64,000 bases of DNA from Vulcanimicrobiales bacterium (GTDB lineage Bacteria > Vulcanimicrobiota > Vulcanimicrobiia > Vulcanimicrobiales > Vulcanimicrobiaceae). The stretch covers positions 128,001 to 192,000 of the forward strand of contig JBBRLI010000003.1 of the NCBI GenBank assembly GCA_038231455.1, given 5' to 3'. Shown here one piece after another: positions 29,927 through 40,824 of the stretch (position 1 is the first letter of the stretch; every line of letters begins with the position of its first letter). The translations under genes were made by a program, and so were the position numbers. The notes beneath the pieces are model-generated. The model saw only the letters and a list, made by a program, of their open reading frames with translations. It ran no database searches and was not told the origin of the DNA.

Positions 29927-30826
29927 CTACGTGAGCGCCAAGCTGACGTAGGCGAGGAGGGCCGCAAGGACGGTACTGATATAGAGCGCGACGCCACGAA
30001 AGGCGATCGCCGCGTTCTCGCGCGGCGTCGTGTAGCGTCCCATCGCAAGCGCGCGCCAGAGCGCCCCGCCGCCGATTACAACGACCGCGACGACGATTGC
30101 CAGACGCGTCGGCGCGCCGAGTGCCACTGCGATTCCGGCGGCCACGGCGACGGCGACGATCGCGCCATAAATGAGGCGGACGCTGCCCGCCCGCCCGAGC
30201 CGCACGACAAGGTTGCGCTTCCCGGTCGCCGCATCGGCTTCAACGTCAGGAAACTCGACACAAAGCATCATCGCGATCATGGCGGCCGCGAGCGGCAGTG
30301 TGGAAGCGACGGCGAGTACGTCGATCTTCCCCATGAAGGTCGCGTAGCCCGCCAATGGCACCAGGACCGCCACCACGAGTGCCGTCGTTATCTCGCCGGC
30401 GCCGATTGCGAGTAAGCGGAGCGGCGGCGAAGAGTAAGACCAGGCAAAAATGGCGATCGCCACGCCGATGAACGCCATCGACCATTCCCCGATGAGCGCA
30501 AAGACGGCAGTGAGCGCAAGGCCTACCGCAAGGCATACGAGCGCGGCGACGAGCCCGACGATGGGCGGGAGCGAACCGTCGACGAGCGCTCCGCTGCCGC
30601 CCGAGAAGGCCGTTCGCGTCGTGCGCGCATCGCCGGCCCGGTCGAAGTAATCATTCGAATAATGAGTCATCAGGTGGAAGGCCGTTACGAGCGCCTGGCC
30701 GAGGGCATAGCGGGCCGGGGTTAACGCGGCGCCCTCATACGAAGCGATCGCCGCGCCAAGACCGAATCCGAGGAACCCGCCGACGAGAAACTTCAGACGA
30801 GAGAGCCGGAGAAAGGCGAGGATCAT
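29927..30826 (-). CDS. UbiA/MenA-family prenyltransferase
   Basis: NDYFD, SGGSG, YSSPP, DVEADAATGKRNLVVRLG; multiple TM segments. Confidence 0.85.
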   Translation of the reverse strand: MILAFLRLSRLKFLVGGFLGFGLGAAIASYEGAALTPARYALGQALVTAFHLMTHYSNDYFDRAGDARTTRTAFSGGSGALVDGSLPPIVGLVAALVCLAVGLALTAVFALIGEWSMAFIGVAIAIFAWSYSSPPLRLLAIGAGEITTALVVAVLVPLAGYATFMGKIDVLAVASTLPLAAAMIAMMLCVEFPDVEADAATGKRNLVVRLGRAGSVRLIYGAIVAVAVAAGIAVALGAPTRLAIVVAVVVIGGGALWRALAMGRYTTPRENAAIAFRGVALYISTVLAALLAYVSLALT

Positions 30827-30906
30827 GGCCCGCCATGGTTGCGACAAGAGGAGGGTTCAACCCGTCTTGATAAGGCCGTTTCGCCATTCGAAAGGAGGAC
30901 GCGAGT

Positions 30907-31734
30907 TTGAAAGAACGGCGGCGAACGGCATTTGGTCGTCCCACCGTGCAGTCGGTAGACCGCACGCTCGATGTCTTAGAGGCGCTCTCGACGCGCCGCA
31001 CCCCAACCGGTATTAGTGACCTCGCGCATCACGTCGGGCTGCACGTCAGTACCGTCCACCGATTGCTCGCGACGCTCGTCGACCGCGGCTACGTTCGGCA
31101 AGACCCGGATAGTTCGCGTTACCATTTAGGATCGCGGATATTCGCACTTGCGAGTGCTGCCGACATCCATCTGGACTTGCGTTTGGTTGCGCGTCCGTTT
31201 CTGGAACGCCTCATGCGCATCGCGGGTGAGACGGCGAACCTCGTCACCTACGGCGAGGGCGAGGTCGTCTATCTCGAGCAAGTCGAGAGCATGCATCTGG
31301 TGAAGATGTTCACGCAACCCGGAATGCGAGCTCCGCTTTATTGCACGGCAAGCGGAAAATTATTCCTCGCATTTGGCGGCGATGCTCCGAAGGCGATGCT
31401 TAAAGAACCGTTGACGCGACACACCGCAAATACGATCACGTCGCTCCCCGCGCTCGACGCGCAGCTCAAGCAAATTCGTCGCGACGGCTACGCGATCGAC
31501 AATGAAGAAATGGAAGAGGGTGTGCGGTGTCTTGCGGTTCCGATCTACGACCGACGCGGCGAACTCTGCGGTGCGCTCTCGATTTCCGGCCCGACGACGC
31601 GTATGACGCCAGCCCGCGTCACGACGATTGTCAATCAAGTGCGCGACGTCGCAAAGGAACTCTCGCGACAACTCGGATACGATGCGTCAGCGGTCGGTGT
31701 CGCGCCGGCTCTGAACGGAGCACATGTCAACTAA
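30907..31734 (+). CDS. IclR-family transcriptional regulator
   Basis: VQSVDR, STVHRLLATL, CTASGK, DNEE...CLAVP...ALSISGP. Confidence 0.95.
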   Translation: MKERRRTAFGRPTVQSVDRTLDVLEALSTRRTPTGISDLAHHVGLHVSTVHRLLATLVDRGYVRQDPDSSRYHLGSRIFALASAADIHLDLRLVARPFLERLMRIAGETANLVTYGEGEVVYLEQVESMHLVKMFTQPGMRAPLYCTASGKLFLAFGGDAPKAMLKEPLTRHTANTITSLPALDAQLKQIRRDGYAIDNEEMEEGVRCLAVPIYDRRGELCGALSISGPTTRMTPARVTTIVNQVRDVAKELSRQLGYDASAVGVAPALNGAHVN

Positions 31735-32635
31735 GGTCGGATTGATCGGCGTCGGCGCCATGGGCGAACCCATGGCTGCCGCGCTACTGGCAAAAGGATT
31801 TGCCGTCACCGTTTGCGCGCATAAGAATCGCGCCCCACTCGACCGGCTCGTCGCCGTAGGCGCGCACGACGGCGGAACGCCCGCGGGTGTCGCTCGTGCA
31901 AGTGATGTCGTTATCACGATGGTGCCTGATGCACCGCAAGTAGAAGAATCGATCTTCGGCGAGAACGGTGCGCTCGGCGGTGCGAAACCCGGCACGCTTT
32001 TCATCGACATGTCCACGATTTCGCCCGTGTCGACGCGCGCGTTTGACGAACGACTGCGCGCGAGCGGCATGCGGTTTGTCGATGCCCCCGTAAGCGGCGG
32101 CCCGGCACGAGCGAAAACGGGAACGCTTACGCTCATGGTTGGGGCGAGCGATGCGGATCTGTCTTTCGCCCGTCCGGTGCTCGAAGCAATGGGCACACCG
32201 AATCACGTCGGCCCCGTCGGTATGGGCGAGACCGTCAAACTCGTCAATCAGATTATGATTAGCTCGATCATGCTCGCCAACTGCGAGGGAATGGTCTTCG
32301 CGGCAAAAGCCGGTGCCGATGTCGAACTCGTGCGCGAAGTCATTCTCACGGCAACCGCATCGAACTATTTGCTCCAAAACTGGCTGCCGCAGTCGTGGTT
32401 CGCGGGCAAGCTCGATGGCGGATTCGCGCTCGATCTCCTGCGCAAAGATGTTGCCGCCGCGCTCGATGCGGGTCGCACGATGGGCGTGCCGATGCCCGCG
32501 ACGGCCCTCGCCTATCAGCTCTTTACCGCAAGCTCGGGCGAAGGCCACGGCCGCCACGACTATTCATCGGTTGCAACGTTCTACGAACGTGCGGCCGGTA
32601 CGGCCATCGCCCAAAACATCGCTAAGACCAAGTAG
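31724..32635 (+). CDS. Beta-hydroxyacid dehydrogenase (tartronate semialdehyde reductase/HIBADH family)
   Basis: IGVGAMG, DMSTISP, DAPVSGG, KLVNQ, KD. Confidence 0.9.
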   Translation: MSTKVGLIGVGAMGEPMAAALLAKGFAVTVCAHKNRAPLDRLVAVGAHDGGTPAGVARASDVVITMVPDAPQVEESIFGENGALGGAKPGTLFIDMSTISPVSTRAFDERLRASGMRFVDAPVSGGPARAKTGTLTLMVGASDADLSFARPVLEAMGTPNHVGPVGMGETVKLVNQIMISSIMLANCEGMVFAAKAGADVELVREVILTATASNYLLQNWLPQSWFAGKLDGGFALDLLRKDVAAALDAGRTMGVPMPATALAYQLFTASSGEGHGRHDYSSVATFYERAAGTAIAQNIAKTK

Positions 32636-34182
32636 TGCTCTTCGCCGCAATCGATGTCGGCACCAACTCAATCCATCTCATTGTCGTTGAGATCGATTCG
32701 AGCTTCGATACCTCGCGCGTGATGTACAAGGCGCGCGAGATGGTGCGTTTGGGTTCTAACGATGCCTTAGAAAAAGGCGAGCTTTCGGGGAAGGCGATGA
32801 ATCGCGGCGTCGATGCAATCGCGCGTTTTGTCGATGCGGCGCGCTCGCGCGGGGCGGAGCGAATTCGTGCCGTTGCAACCTCGGCCGTGCGCGAAGCGAG
32901 CAACGCCGCAACCTTCGTCGAGATGGTCGCCGCTCAAACCGGAATCGCGCTCGAAGTCCTCGGCGAACGCGAAGAGGCGCGACTCATCCACCTCGGGGCG
33001 GCACGCGGTTATCCGATTTACGACCGGTTAGCGTGCATCGTCGATATCGGCGGCGGGTCCACCGAATTTATCGTCGCCGATGGCGAACGACCGTATTTGC
33101 TCGAGAGCGTCAAACTCGGCAGTCTGCGCATCTACGATGCGTACATGCGCGGCGCGCGCGATTTGCAAAAAGCCGAGCGGAGCATGAACAAACACATCGC
33201 CTCGGTGCTCGATCCGCTCGCGCCGCAGCTGCGGAATTTTAGCATCGATTTTGGGATCGGCACGTCGGGCACGATCATGGGCCTTGCCTCGCTCGATGCG
33301 GCCGATCGGGATTTGCCGCTCTCACGCGTCCATGGCTATACGATCGAGCTACGGCGCTTGCGCGATCTGCAGAAACGCATGATCGCGATGACGGAAGACG
33401 AGCGGCGTAAGATGCCGGGCATGAACCCGCGTCGCGCCGACATCATCGTCGCCGGCAATGCGATCCTGATCGGTGCGCTCTCGGCGATCGGATTGAACGA
33501 AATCGTTGTCTGCGAGCGCGCGCTGCGCGATGGAATCATCGTCGATCTCGTGCAGACCGATCGCGTGATCGCAGAGAAACTTGGCGACGAACGCGTTCGA
33601 CGATTCGAGGAGATCGACAATCTCGCACTGCGTTTTGAGGCCTACGGCGTCCACCAGCGAGCCGTCGCGCGCATCGCCTTGCAACTTTTCGAACGCCTGG
33701 CCGATCTCCACGGGCTCGCGCCCGGCGATCGCGATCTTCTCTACGCAGCGGCGGTCGTTCATAGCTCCGGTGGGTTCATCGCTGGGTCGGGCCAACACAA
33801 ACATACCGGTTATATCGTTCGTAACAGCCTCTTGCGTGGCTGGCGCGAAGACGAGCGCGAATTGATTGCAACGATCGCGCGCTACTATCGCAAAGCGATG
33901 CCCAAAGCAAGTCATCCCGAATTTGCGGCATTTTCGGTGCTCGATCAACGCCGAATTTCGATGCTCGCAAGCCTTCTGCGGATCGCCGACGGACTCGACT
34001 CGCGCCACCTCGGCCTCGTCAGCGGGGTTAATGTGATCCGAGAAAGTGGCAGAATCCGGGTTCTCGCGCAGGCCGACCAGGACGTCACAAGCGAACTGGA
34101 CGCAGCGACCTACAAAGCCGACCTCTTCGCACGCACATTCGGCCTCGATATCGCATTCGAGGCGGACCGGGAGCAAGCGTGA
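32635..34182 (+). CDS. ppx: Exopolyphosphatase/GppA with HD domain
   Basis: AIDVGTNS, ATSAVREA, DIGGGSTE, LRDG; upstream of pho genes. Confidence 0.9.
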   Translation: MLFAAIDVGTNSIHLIVVEIDSSFDTSRVMYKAREMVRLGSNDALEKGELSGKAMNRGVDAIARFVDAARSRGAERIRAVATSAVREASNAATFVEMVAAQTGIALEVLGEREEARLIHLGAARGYPIYDRLACIVDIGGGSTEFIVADGERPYLLESVKLGSLRIYDAYMRGARDLQKAERSMNKHIASVLDPLAPQLRNFSIDFGIGTSGTIMGLASLDAADRDLPLSRVHGYTIELRRLRDLQKRMIAMTEDERRKMPGMNPRRADIIVAGNAILIGALSAIGLNEIVVCERALRDGIIVDLVQTDRVIAEKLGDERVRRFEEIDNLALRFEAYGVHQRAVARIALQLFERLADLHGLAPGDRDLLYAAAVVHSSGGFIAGSGQHKHTGYIVRNSLLRGWREDERELIATIARYYRKAMPKASHPEFAAFSVLDQRRISMLASLLRIADGLDSRHLGLVSGVNVIRESGRIRVLAQADQDVTSELDAATYKADLFARTFGLDIAFEADREQA

Positions 34183-34880
34183 CCGCCGCAGCAACTCCGC
34201 GCAAAAAAATTCTCGTCGTCGATGATGAGTCGGCGATCTTGCAGACGCTGCGCTTCAATCTGGAGCGGAACGGCTACGCCGTGTGCACCGCCGGTGACGG
34301 CCGCAGCGCGATCGCCGTCGCTTCGACGGAAAAGCCGGATCTCGTGATCCTCGATATCATGCTGCCGGTTCTCGACGGCATCGAGGCCTGCAAAGAGATC
34401 CGCAAAACCTCCGGCGTTCCGATCATCATGCTCACGGCCAAAGACCAAGAATTCGATAAAGTGCTCGCGCTCGAACTGGGCGCTGACGACTACGTCACAA
34501 AGCCATTCGCGCTCGGCGAGTTTCTCGCGCGCGTCAAGGCCCGGTTACGCCGGATCGACACGGGCGATGTCGTCAAGAACGAAGCGATCACGATCGGCGA
34601 GATTACACTCGACCCTGCGCGTCAACGCCTGGTCGTGCGCGGCGCCGACGTAGCGCTTGCGCCCAAAGAATTTCGCCTGCTGCACGTGCTCATGGAAAAC
34701 CGCGGACGCATCGTCACGCGCCAGATGCTGCTCGAAAAAGTTTGGGGCTACGATTTCGAGGGCGAACACCAGACGATCAGCGTGCACATTCGCTGGCTGC
34801 GTGAGAAGATCGAAGTCGATCCCAACAACCCGCGCCACATTATCACCGTTCGCAGCCGCGGCTACATGTTCAAGGAGTGA
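34179..34880 (+). CDS. phoP: PhoP/PhoB-type response regulator
   Basis: OmpR-family receiver plus winged helix; adjacent to phoR-pst. Confidence 0.85.
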   Translation: MTAAATPRKKILVVDDESAILQTLRFNLERNGYAVCTAGDGRSAIAVASTEKPDLVILDIMLPVLDGIEACKEIRKTSGVPIIMLTAKDQEFDKVLALELGADDYVTKPFALGEFLARVKARLRRIDTGDVVKNEAITIGEITLDPARQRLVVRGADVALAPKEFRLLHVLMENRGRIVTRQMLLEKVWGYDFEGEHQTISVHIRWLREKIEVDPNNPRHIITVRSRGYMFKE

Positions 34881-36031
34881 TCTCCGTCCCCGAGGGGCTT
34901 ATCGGTCTCATTGTTGGCGCCGTCGGAGCCTGGAGTTTTACGCGTTTCGTCGACGCGCGTTCGCGCGAAGCACAACGCGTCGAACGCGACGAGCCGCGGC
35001 CGGACGAACGTTTCGACCGGCTAATCGAGACGTTGCCGCTCGGCGCACTCGTCATCGACGGGCGCGGGCATATCCGACAAACCAACGCTGCCGCCGAAGC
35101 GCTCTTTTCGATCGACGCGCGCCGGGCCGCCGGACGCGCGCTGATCGAAGCCGTGCCGTCGATCGAACTGGAGCGTCACGTCGCGGGGGCGCTTGGGGGG
35201 CGCGGTTCCACGCGAAACATCATGATCGCAAGCTCCGAACGCGAGCGCACGTTCCTCGTTTCGGCCTATCCGCTCGATGAGGACCACGTTCTCGTGCTCG
35301 CGCTCGATCAGACGCCGCTCGTCGCGCTCGAGAGCGTCCGGCGCGAGTTTATTTCGAACGTCTCGCACGAGTTGCGTACACCGCTCTCCGCGATCAAGCT
35401 TATGGTCGAAACCGTCACGCTCTCGGATGGCGATCCCGAAGTGCAGGCGGTGTTTTTACCCAAGGTGTTGCACGAAGTCGATCGCATGGTGCAGCTGGTC
35501 GAAGATCTGCTTGAGCTTGCGCGCTCGGAATCCGGCCGCTTGCCGCTGCGCCTCGAGATCCTGGTCCTTGGCGAGGTCACGCGCTCGGTGCTCAACACGT
35601 TTTCACAACGCGCGGACAGCTTGGGCGTCCATTTGTCGATCGCCCGAGACGACGTTGTTGCAATCGTGGCCGACCGCGATCGCATCACCCAAATTCTCGT
35701 CAACCTCATCGATAATGCGGTACGGCATACACCGGCCTCCGGTACGGTTGCCCTGAGTATCGAACGGGAAGGCGAGGAAGCGATTTTGCGCGTGAGGGAC
35801 ACCGGGATCGGAATTCCGTACATCGACCTACCGCATATTTTCGAGCGTTTTTACGTTGTGGAACGCTCGCGCGCACTCGAGCGAAGTGGCACGGGGCTCG
35901 GCCTCTCAATTGCAAAGCAACTCGTCGAATTACACGGCGGGACGATCGGTGCGGAATCGGACCTGGGCGCGGGCTCCATGTTTATCTGCCGCTTCCCCGT
36001 TGCGGTCGTAGAGACAACGGCCGACTCTTAA
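34877..36031 (+). CDS. phoR: Phosphate regulon sensor kinase
   Basis: PAS-like region, [21 protein letters not shown]. Confidence 0.85.
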   Translation: MISVPEGLIGLIVGAVGAWSFTRFVDARSREAQRVERDEPRPDERFDRLIETLPLGALVIDGRGHIRQTNAAAEALFSIDARRAAGRALIEAVPSIELERHVAGALGGRGSTRNIMIASSERERTFLVSAYPLDEDHVLVLALDQTPLVALESVRREFISNVSHELRTPLSAIKLMVETVTLSDGDPEVQAVFLPKVLHEVDRMVQLVEDLLELARSESGRLPLRLEILVLGEVTRSVLNTFSQRADSLGVHLSIARDDVVAIVADRDRITQILVNLIDNAVRHTPASGTVALSIEREGEEAILRVRDTGIGIPYIDLPHIFERFYVVERSRALERSGTGLGLSIAKQLVELHGGTIGAESDLGAGSMFICRFPVAVVETTADS

Positions 36032-36063
36032 GAGCCCTTAATGCAACCTTAAATTAAGGTTAA
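36027..36063 (+). promoter_or_regulatory. Putative Pho box upstream of pstS
   Basis: (C/G)TTAA at 36027, 36037, 36048, 36059 (10/11/11-bp spacing). Confidence 0.65.
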
Positions 36064-36147
36064 ACCCGGCTTGCGACGATTGCCTGCGGCACGTCGTTCT
36101 TCCGAACGTCCTATCTTCGTTGCTCACTCAATGTTTTTGGAGGTCTC

Positions 36148-36963
36148 ATGACTAGGAATGCTGCGCTCGCGGCCCTCCTCGTAGGTCTTGCCCTGGTAGC
36201 GCCGCAGGTTGCGCTGGCCGACACTTCGATTACCCTCCAGGGTTCGACGGCGTTGCTCCCCTTGATTAAAGATGCCGCGAGCATCTACCAGCAAGCTCAC
36301 CCCGATGTGAAGATCGCCGTTTCCGGCGGCGGCTCGGGTACGGGCATCAATCTGGTTGCCGCAAAAGCGATCGACGTCGGCAATTCCGACATTCTCGCCC
36401 CGGCCCATCCCGAACTCGTCGATCACAAGGTCTGCGTCATCGGCTTTGCCGTGATCGCGAACCCGAACGTTGGCGTGAAGAATCTTTCGAAGAAGCAGAT
36501 TCAAGAAGTCTTCGGCGGCAAGGTCACCAACTGGAAAGAAGTCGGCGGGATCGATCAGAAGATCACCGTCGTCAACCGTCCCCGCAGCTCGGGCACCCGT
36601 GCCGTCTTCACGAAGACGCTCATGGGCTCGGTCACAGCGACCGAAACCGGTCTGACGGAAGACGCAACCGGCACGGTCGTCGACGTCGTCGCGAAGACGC
36701 CGGGCGCCGTTTCCTACGCGGCGCTCTCCGGCACGCGCGGCAAAGGCCTGCTCGAGCTTTCGATCGACGGCAATGCGCCGAGCGATGAAAACATCTACGA
36801 CGGCAAGTACCCGGTGTGGTCGTACGAGCATATGTTCACGAACGGCCCGCCGAGCGCCGATGTCTCGCGCTTCATCGCGTTCGTCACCTCGAATTCGGCT
36901 CTCGTAAAAAAAGACGGCTATCTCCTGATTCGCGAGATGAAGGTCAAGGAAATCGACCGCTAA
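36148..36963 (+). CDS. pstS: Phosphate ABC transporter substrate-binding protein
   Basis: GSTAL, GGGSGTG, R..SSGTR; GGAGG RBS. Confidence 0.93.
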   Translation: MTRNAALAALLVGLALVAPQVALADTSITLQGSTALLPLIKDAASIYQQAHPDVKIAVSGGGSGTGINLVAAKAIDVGNSDILAPAHPELVDHKVCVIGFAVIANPNVGVKNLSKKQIQEVFGGKVTNWKEVGGIDQKITVVNRPRSSGTRAVFTKTLMGSVTATETGLTEDATGTVVDVVAKTPGAVSYAALSGTRGKGLLELSIDGNAPSDENIYDGKYPVWSYEHMFTNGPPSADVSRFIAFVTSNSALVKKDGYLLIREMKVKEIDR

Positions 36964-36985
36964 AGGTCCGTCACTCGACAGGCGC

Positions 36986-37016
36986 ACGAAGGGCGGCTCT
37001 GGTAGTCGCCCTTTGT
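36986..37016 (+). terminator. Intercistronic hairpin between pstS and pstC
   Basis: ACGAAGGGCGGCT-N5-AGTCGCCCTTTGT. Confidence 0.55.
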
Positions 37017-37057
37017 CGCATCCCACCGACCACACGTGAAGCGAGAAATTTTTCATA

Positions 37058-37936
37058 GTGATTGCAACGCAGGCGAAGCGCGCGCACGCTCAAGAGCGCA
37101 TCGCGACGACGGTTTTGCGAATGGCCGCCGGATTCGTCATCTTGGCGATGGCGCTGCTGTTGATCTACCTTGCGACCGAAGGGCTCAAGCTTTTCGTCGT
37201 CGACCATTTTTCGGTTTTCGCGTTTCTTTTTTCCGGTGACTACCAACCGGACACGCATCCCGGCGCTGCAATCTACATCGTCGGGTCGCTCTCGGTAACG
37301 CTCTTTGCAATTTGCATCGGCGGTCCGTTCGGGATCGCTGTCGGCATCTTCTTGAGCGAGCTCGCGCCGCTTCGCATGTCGCAAATCCTCAAGCCGGCAA
37401 TCGACGTCATGGTCGGCATTCCATCGGTCGTGTACGGCTGGCTCGGATTGCAACTCCTCGTGCCGCTCATTCGCAATACGACCGGATCGCCCGGATTCGG
37501 GTTGCTCGCGGCGGGCATTGTCCTCTCGATCATGATCTTGCCAACGGTCATCACGCTCTCGGAAGATGCGTTTCGGTCGCTCTCGCCGACACTCAAAGAA
37601 GGCTCACTCGCACTCGGGGCGACGCGCTGGCAGACGATCGTGCGCGTGTTGCTTCCCAGCGCATCGAGCGGCCTTACCGTCGCGCTGATTCTCGGAATCG
37701 CACGCGCCGTCGGCGAGACGCTCGCCGTCCAGCTCGTGATCGGTAATGCATCGCAGTTCCCGCACGGCTTGCTCAATCCGACATCGACGCTGCCAACGGA
37801 AATCGTGCAAGACCTCGGCGGCGCCGCACAAGGCTCGATGCTCGAACACGCGCTGTTCTCGATGGCATTTCTGCTGCTGCTCATCGCGATGTCGCTGATC
37901 CTCATCGTGCGCTTCGCGCTGCGAAAGCGCGCGTAA
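37058..37936 (+). CDS. pstC: Phosphate ABC permease
   Basis: GIPSVVYG, LALGATRWQT, RAVGETLAV. Confidence 0.95.
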   Translation: MIATQAKRAHAQERIATTVLRMAAGFVILAMALLLIYLATEGLKLFVVDHFSVFAFLFSGDYQPDTHPGAAIYIVGSLSVTLFAICIGGPFGIAVGIFLSELAPLRMSQILKPAIDVMVGIPSVVYGWLGLQLLVPLIRNTTGSPGFGLLAAGIVLSIMILPTVITLSEDAFRSLSPTLKEGSLALGATRWQTIVRVLLPSASSGLTVALILGIARAVGETLAVQLVIGNASQFPHGLLNPTSTLPTEIVQDLGGAAQGSMLEHALFSMAFLLLLIAMSLILIVRFALRKRA

Positions 37937-37939
37937 CGT

Positions 37940-38863
37940 ATGGATATTTCGGTGAATCCGCCCGTTTCGAATCCGACCTTACTCGGCTCCGCGGGCGTGC
38001 GCGCCCGGCGTTCGACCGATCGTCTGGCAACCGTCGTTCTCTGGGGTATGGCGATCAGCATTATCGTCATGCTGGCCTGCTTCGTCCTCTACTTGCTCGT
38101 TTTGGGCGTGCAGTACATGACGCCCGACTTTATCTTCGGTTTACCGAAGGAAGGCGAAGCGGGCGGCGGGATCGGCCCCGAAATATTCAATTCGTTCTAC
38201 ATTCTCGTCTTAACGCTGGTCATGACCGTCCCGATCGCCGTCTCCGCCGGTGTTTACATTCAAGAGTACGCGCGCCCCGGTCGGTTTCGCGGTCTCGTGC
38301 AATTCAGTGCCGAAGCGCTCGCGACGGTCCCCTCGATCGTTATGGGGCTCTTCGGACTGCTCATCTTCGTCTATTTTTTCCATCTGCGTTTTTCCGCGAT
38401 CGTCGGCGCGATGACGCTCACGATCCTGAATCTACCGGCGCTCATGCGCGTCACGCAAGAAGCTTTGCGTACCGTACCTGACTCGCTACGCGAAGCATCG
38501 ATGTCCATTGGGGCGACCAAGTGGCAGACGATTACGAAAGCCGTTCTGCCGAGTGCGATCGGCCCGATGACGACCGGTATCGTGCTCATCGCGGGCCGTA
38601 TTTTCGGTGAGACGGCAGCGCTGATTTATACGGCGGGTCTTAGTGTGACCACGAACTCACCGTATGATTTCTCGCTTGGCCATCCCGCCGAAACTCTCGC
38701 CGTCCACCTTTGGTATACACGTTCGGAGAGTACGGTTCCCGACGTAGCACGTATCGGCAACGGTTCCGCGCTCGTGCTCCTCTTCATGGTCTTGCTCTTC
38801 AATATCGCCGCGCGGGTTCTCGGCCGGACGCTCACTAAACGCCTGACGGGAAAATCATCGTGA
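37940..38863 (+). CDS. pstA: Phosphate ABC permease
   Basis: [27 protein letters not shown]. Confidence 0.95.
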   Translation: MDISVNPPVSNPTLLGSAGVRARRSTDRLATVVLWGMAISIIVMLACFVLYLLVLGVQYMTPDFIFGLPKEGEAGGGIGPEIFNSFYILVLTLVMTVPIAVSAGVYIQEYARPGRFRGLVQFSAEALATVPSIVMGLFGLLIFVYFFHLRFSAIVGAMTLTILNLPALMRVTQEALRTVPDSLREASMSIGATKWQTITKAVLPSAIGPMTTGIVLIAGRIFGETAALIYTAGLSVTTNSPYDFSLGHPAETLAVHLWYTRSESTVPDVARIGNGSALVLLFMVLLFNIAARVLGRTLTKRLTGKSS

Positions 38864-39630
38864 TCGCAGCCGACCCCAAAACCAAACTGAAAGCCGCCGA
38901 TGTCGATGTCTTCTACGGCTCGTTTCAGGCGATCAAAAACGCAAATCTCGCGATGTCGGAGAAGACCGTCACGGCACTGATCGGCCCCTCAGGCTGCGGC
39001 AAGTCGACGTTCTTGCGAGCGCTCAACCGCATGCACGACCTCACGCCGGGCGCGCGAGTCGAGGGCATGATCACCCTCGACGGCATGAACATTTATGCGC
39101 CCGAAGCCGATCCGGTCGTGATCCGTCACCGTATTGGCATGGTCTTTCAGCGCCCCAATCCGTTTCCGAAAACGATCTTCGAAAATGTCGTGTACGGTCC
39201 GAAGATCCACGGCGAATCGAATAAGAAGCGGCTCGATGAGATCGCCGAAAAATCGCTGCGTCAGGCAGCGCTCTGGGACGAAGTCAAAGACCGGCTGACG
39301 CGTTCGGCACTCGATCTCTCGGGCGGTCAGCAGCAGCGTTTGTGCATCGCGCGCGTGCTTGCCGTCGAACCCGAAGTGATCCTCATGGATGAGCCGGCAT
39401 CCGCGCTCGACCCGATCGCAACCTCAAAAATCGAAGACCTCATCGGCGAGCTCAAGCGCCAGTATACCGTCGTCATCGTTACCCACTCGATGCAACAAGC
39501 CGCGCGCATCTCCGAATTTACCGCGTTCTTCCATCTAGGTGAGATCGTCGAATTCGGTACGACTTCCGATATCTTCACCCGCCCGAAAGAAAAGCGCACG
39601 GAAGACTACATCACGGGCCGCTTCGGCTAG
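38860..39630 (+). CDS. pstB: Phosphate ABC ATPase
   Basis: [30 protein letters not shown]. Confidence 0.97.
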   Translation: MIAADPKTKLKAADVDVFYGSFQAIKNANLAMSEKTVTALIGPSGCGKSTFLRALNRMHDLTPGARVEGMITLDGMNIYAPEADPVVIRHRIGMVFQRPNPFPKTIFENVVYGPKIHGESNKKRLDEIAEKSLRQAALWDEVKDRLTRSALDLSGGQQQRLCIARVLAVEPEVILMDEPASALDPIATSKIEDLIGELKRQYTVVIVTHSMQQAARISEFTAFFHLGEIVEFGTTSDIFTRPKEKRTEDYITGRFG

Positions 39631-40691
39631 ACTGCGGATTCGCGCGCAAGCAACTGCCGTTTGCGCGCGACTCCCCAACGATAGCCGGCGAGCTCTCCGG
39701 TGCCGCGAATGACGCGGTGACACGGGATCGCAAGAGCGATTTCATTCGTCGCACATGCCCGCGCGACGGCGCGCGCAGAGTTTGGCGTACCGAGACTTGC
39801 GGCAATCTCGGAGTAGCTGCGTGTCGATCCGATGGGGATTGCTCGAAGCGCCGACCACACGCGCTGTTGGAATGCGGTGCCGGCGATATCCAGCGGTAGA
39901 TCGAGCGTGCGGCGCGGATCGTCGATCGATGCGACGACCGTCTGTAGATGTTCGGTAAGCGCGTCGTTGTCGCGAATCCGTTCGGCGCGGGCGAAGCGAT
40001 CGTGCAAGACCGATGTTACGGCGTCTTCGGTATCCCCGATCTCGATCGCGCATATACCAAGGTCCGTGGATGCGACGAGAAGCACGCCGATCGCTGTTGA
40101 AGCGGTCGCGTAGCGGATGGTTTGGCCGACGCCGCGTTCACGCAGTTTGCGCGCAGACATTCCAAGTCGCTTGGATGCGCCGTCGTAGAAACGTGTTGAC
40201 GATCCGTATCCTGCGTCGTGGATCGCTTCGGTGATCGACCGGCCGGTGCCGATCGTATCGCGCGCTAGCTGTTCGCGCAGTTGTTTTGCATACGCTTTGG
40301 GCGTGACGCCGACGAGGCGCGTGAAGACGCGATGAAAATGAAACGGGCTCATCGAGACGAGCGTTGCGAGATCGTTCAGCGAGGGCGGCGAAATAGCGTT
40401 CGTCATCGCATCAATCGCGACGCGGACCATCGCCACGTGTGACTCGTTCTTGCTCGTCGCATCGGGCGCGCACCGCTTGCACGCTCGAAAACCGGCGGCT
40501 TCTGCACGTTCCGCATCCGGATAAAACGCAACGTTTTTGCGCAAGGGGGCACGCGCCGGGCAGACTGGCCGGCAATAAATGCGCGTTGTGCGGACCGCCA
40601 TCACGAAGCTGCCGTCGGCGGTTTCGTCGCGCGCGCGGACCGCGTTCCAGCGGAGGTCATCAGTGGAGAGGTGGTTTGCTATGGTCATCAT
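39627..40691 (-). CDS. ada: Bifunctional Ada regulator/O6-methylguanine-DNA methyltransferase
   Basis: YCRPVC, RACKRC, AraC HTH, IPCHRV. Confidence 0.95.
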   Translation of the reverse strand: MMTIANHLSTDDLRWNAVRARDETADGSFVMAVRTTRIYCRPVCPARAPLRKNVAFYPDAERAEAAGFRACKRCAPDATSKNESHVAMVRVAIDAMTNAISPPSLNDLATLVSMSPFHFHRVFTRLVGVTPKAYAKQLREQLARDTIGTGRSITEAIHDAGYGSSTRFYDGASKRLGMSARKLRERGVGQTIRYATASTAIGVLLVASTDLGICAIEIGDTEDAVTSVLHDRFARAERIRDNDALTEHLQTVVASIDDPRRTLDLPLDIAGTAFQQRVWSALRAIPIGSTRSYSEIAASLGTPNSARAVARACATNEIALAIPCHRVIRGTGELAGYRWGVARKRQLLARESAV

Positions 40692-40824
40692 GATGTCAGT
40701 CTACGCGGAAGCCCGCGTTGAGACGCTCCGGTTCTTGCGCTCGCATTCGCTTATACAGAGGAAGGACGCATTCCGTGGCAAGTGTTCAGCCTTCTCCGGT
40801 CACACGAACAAAAGAACGACACGA

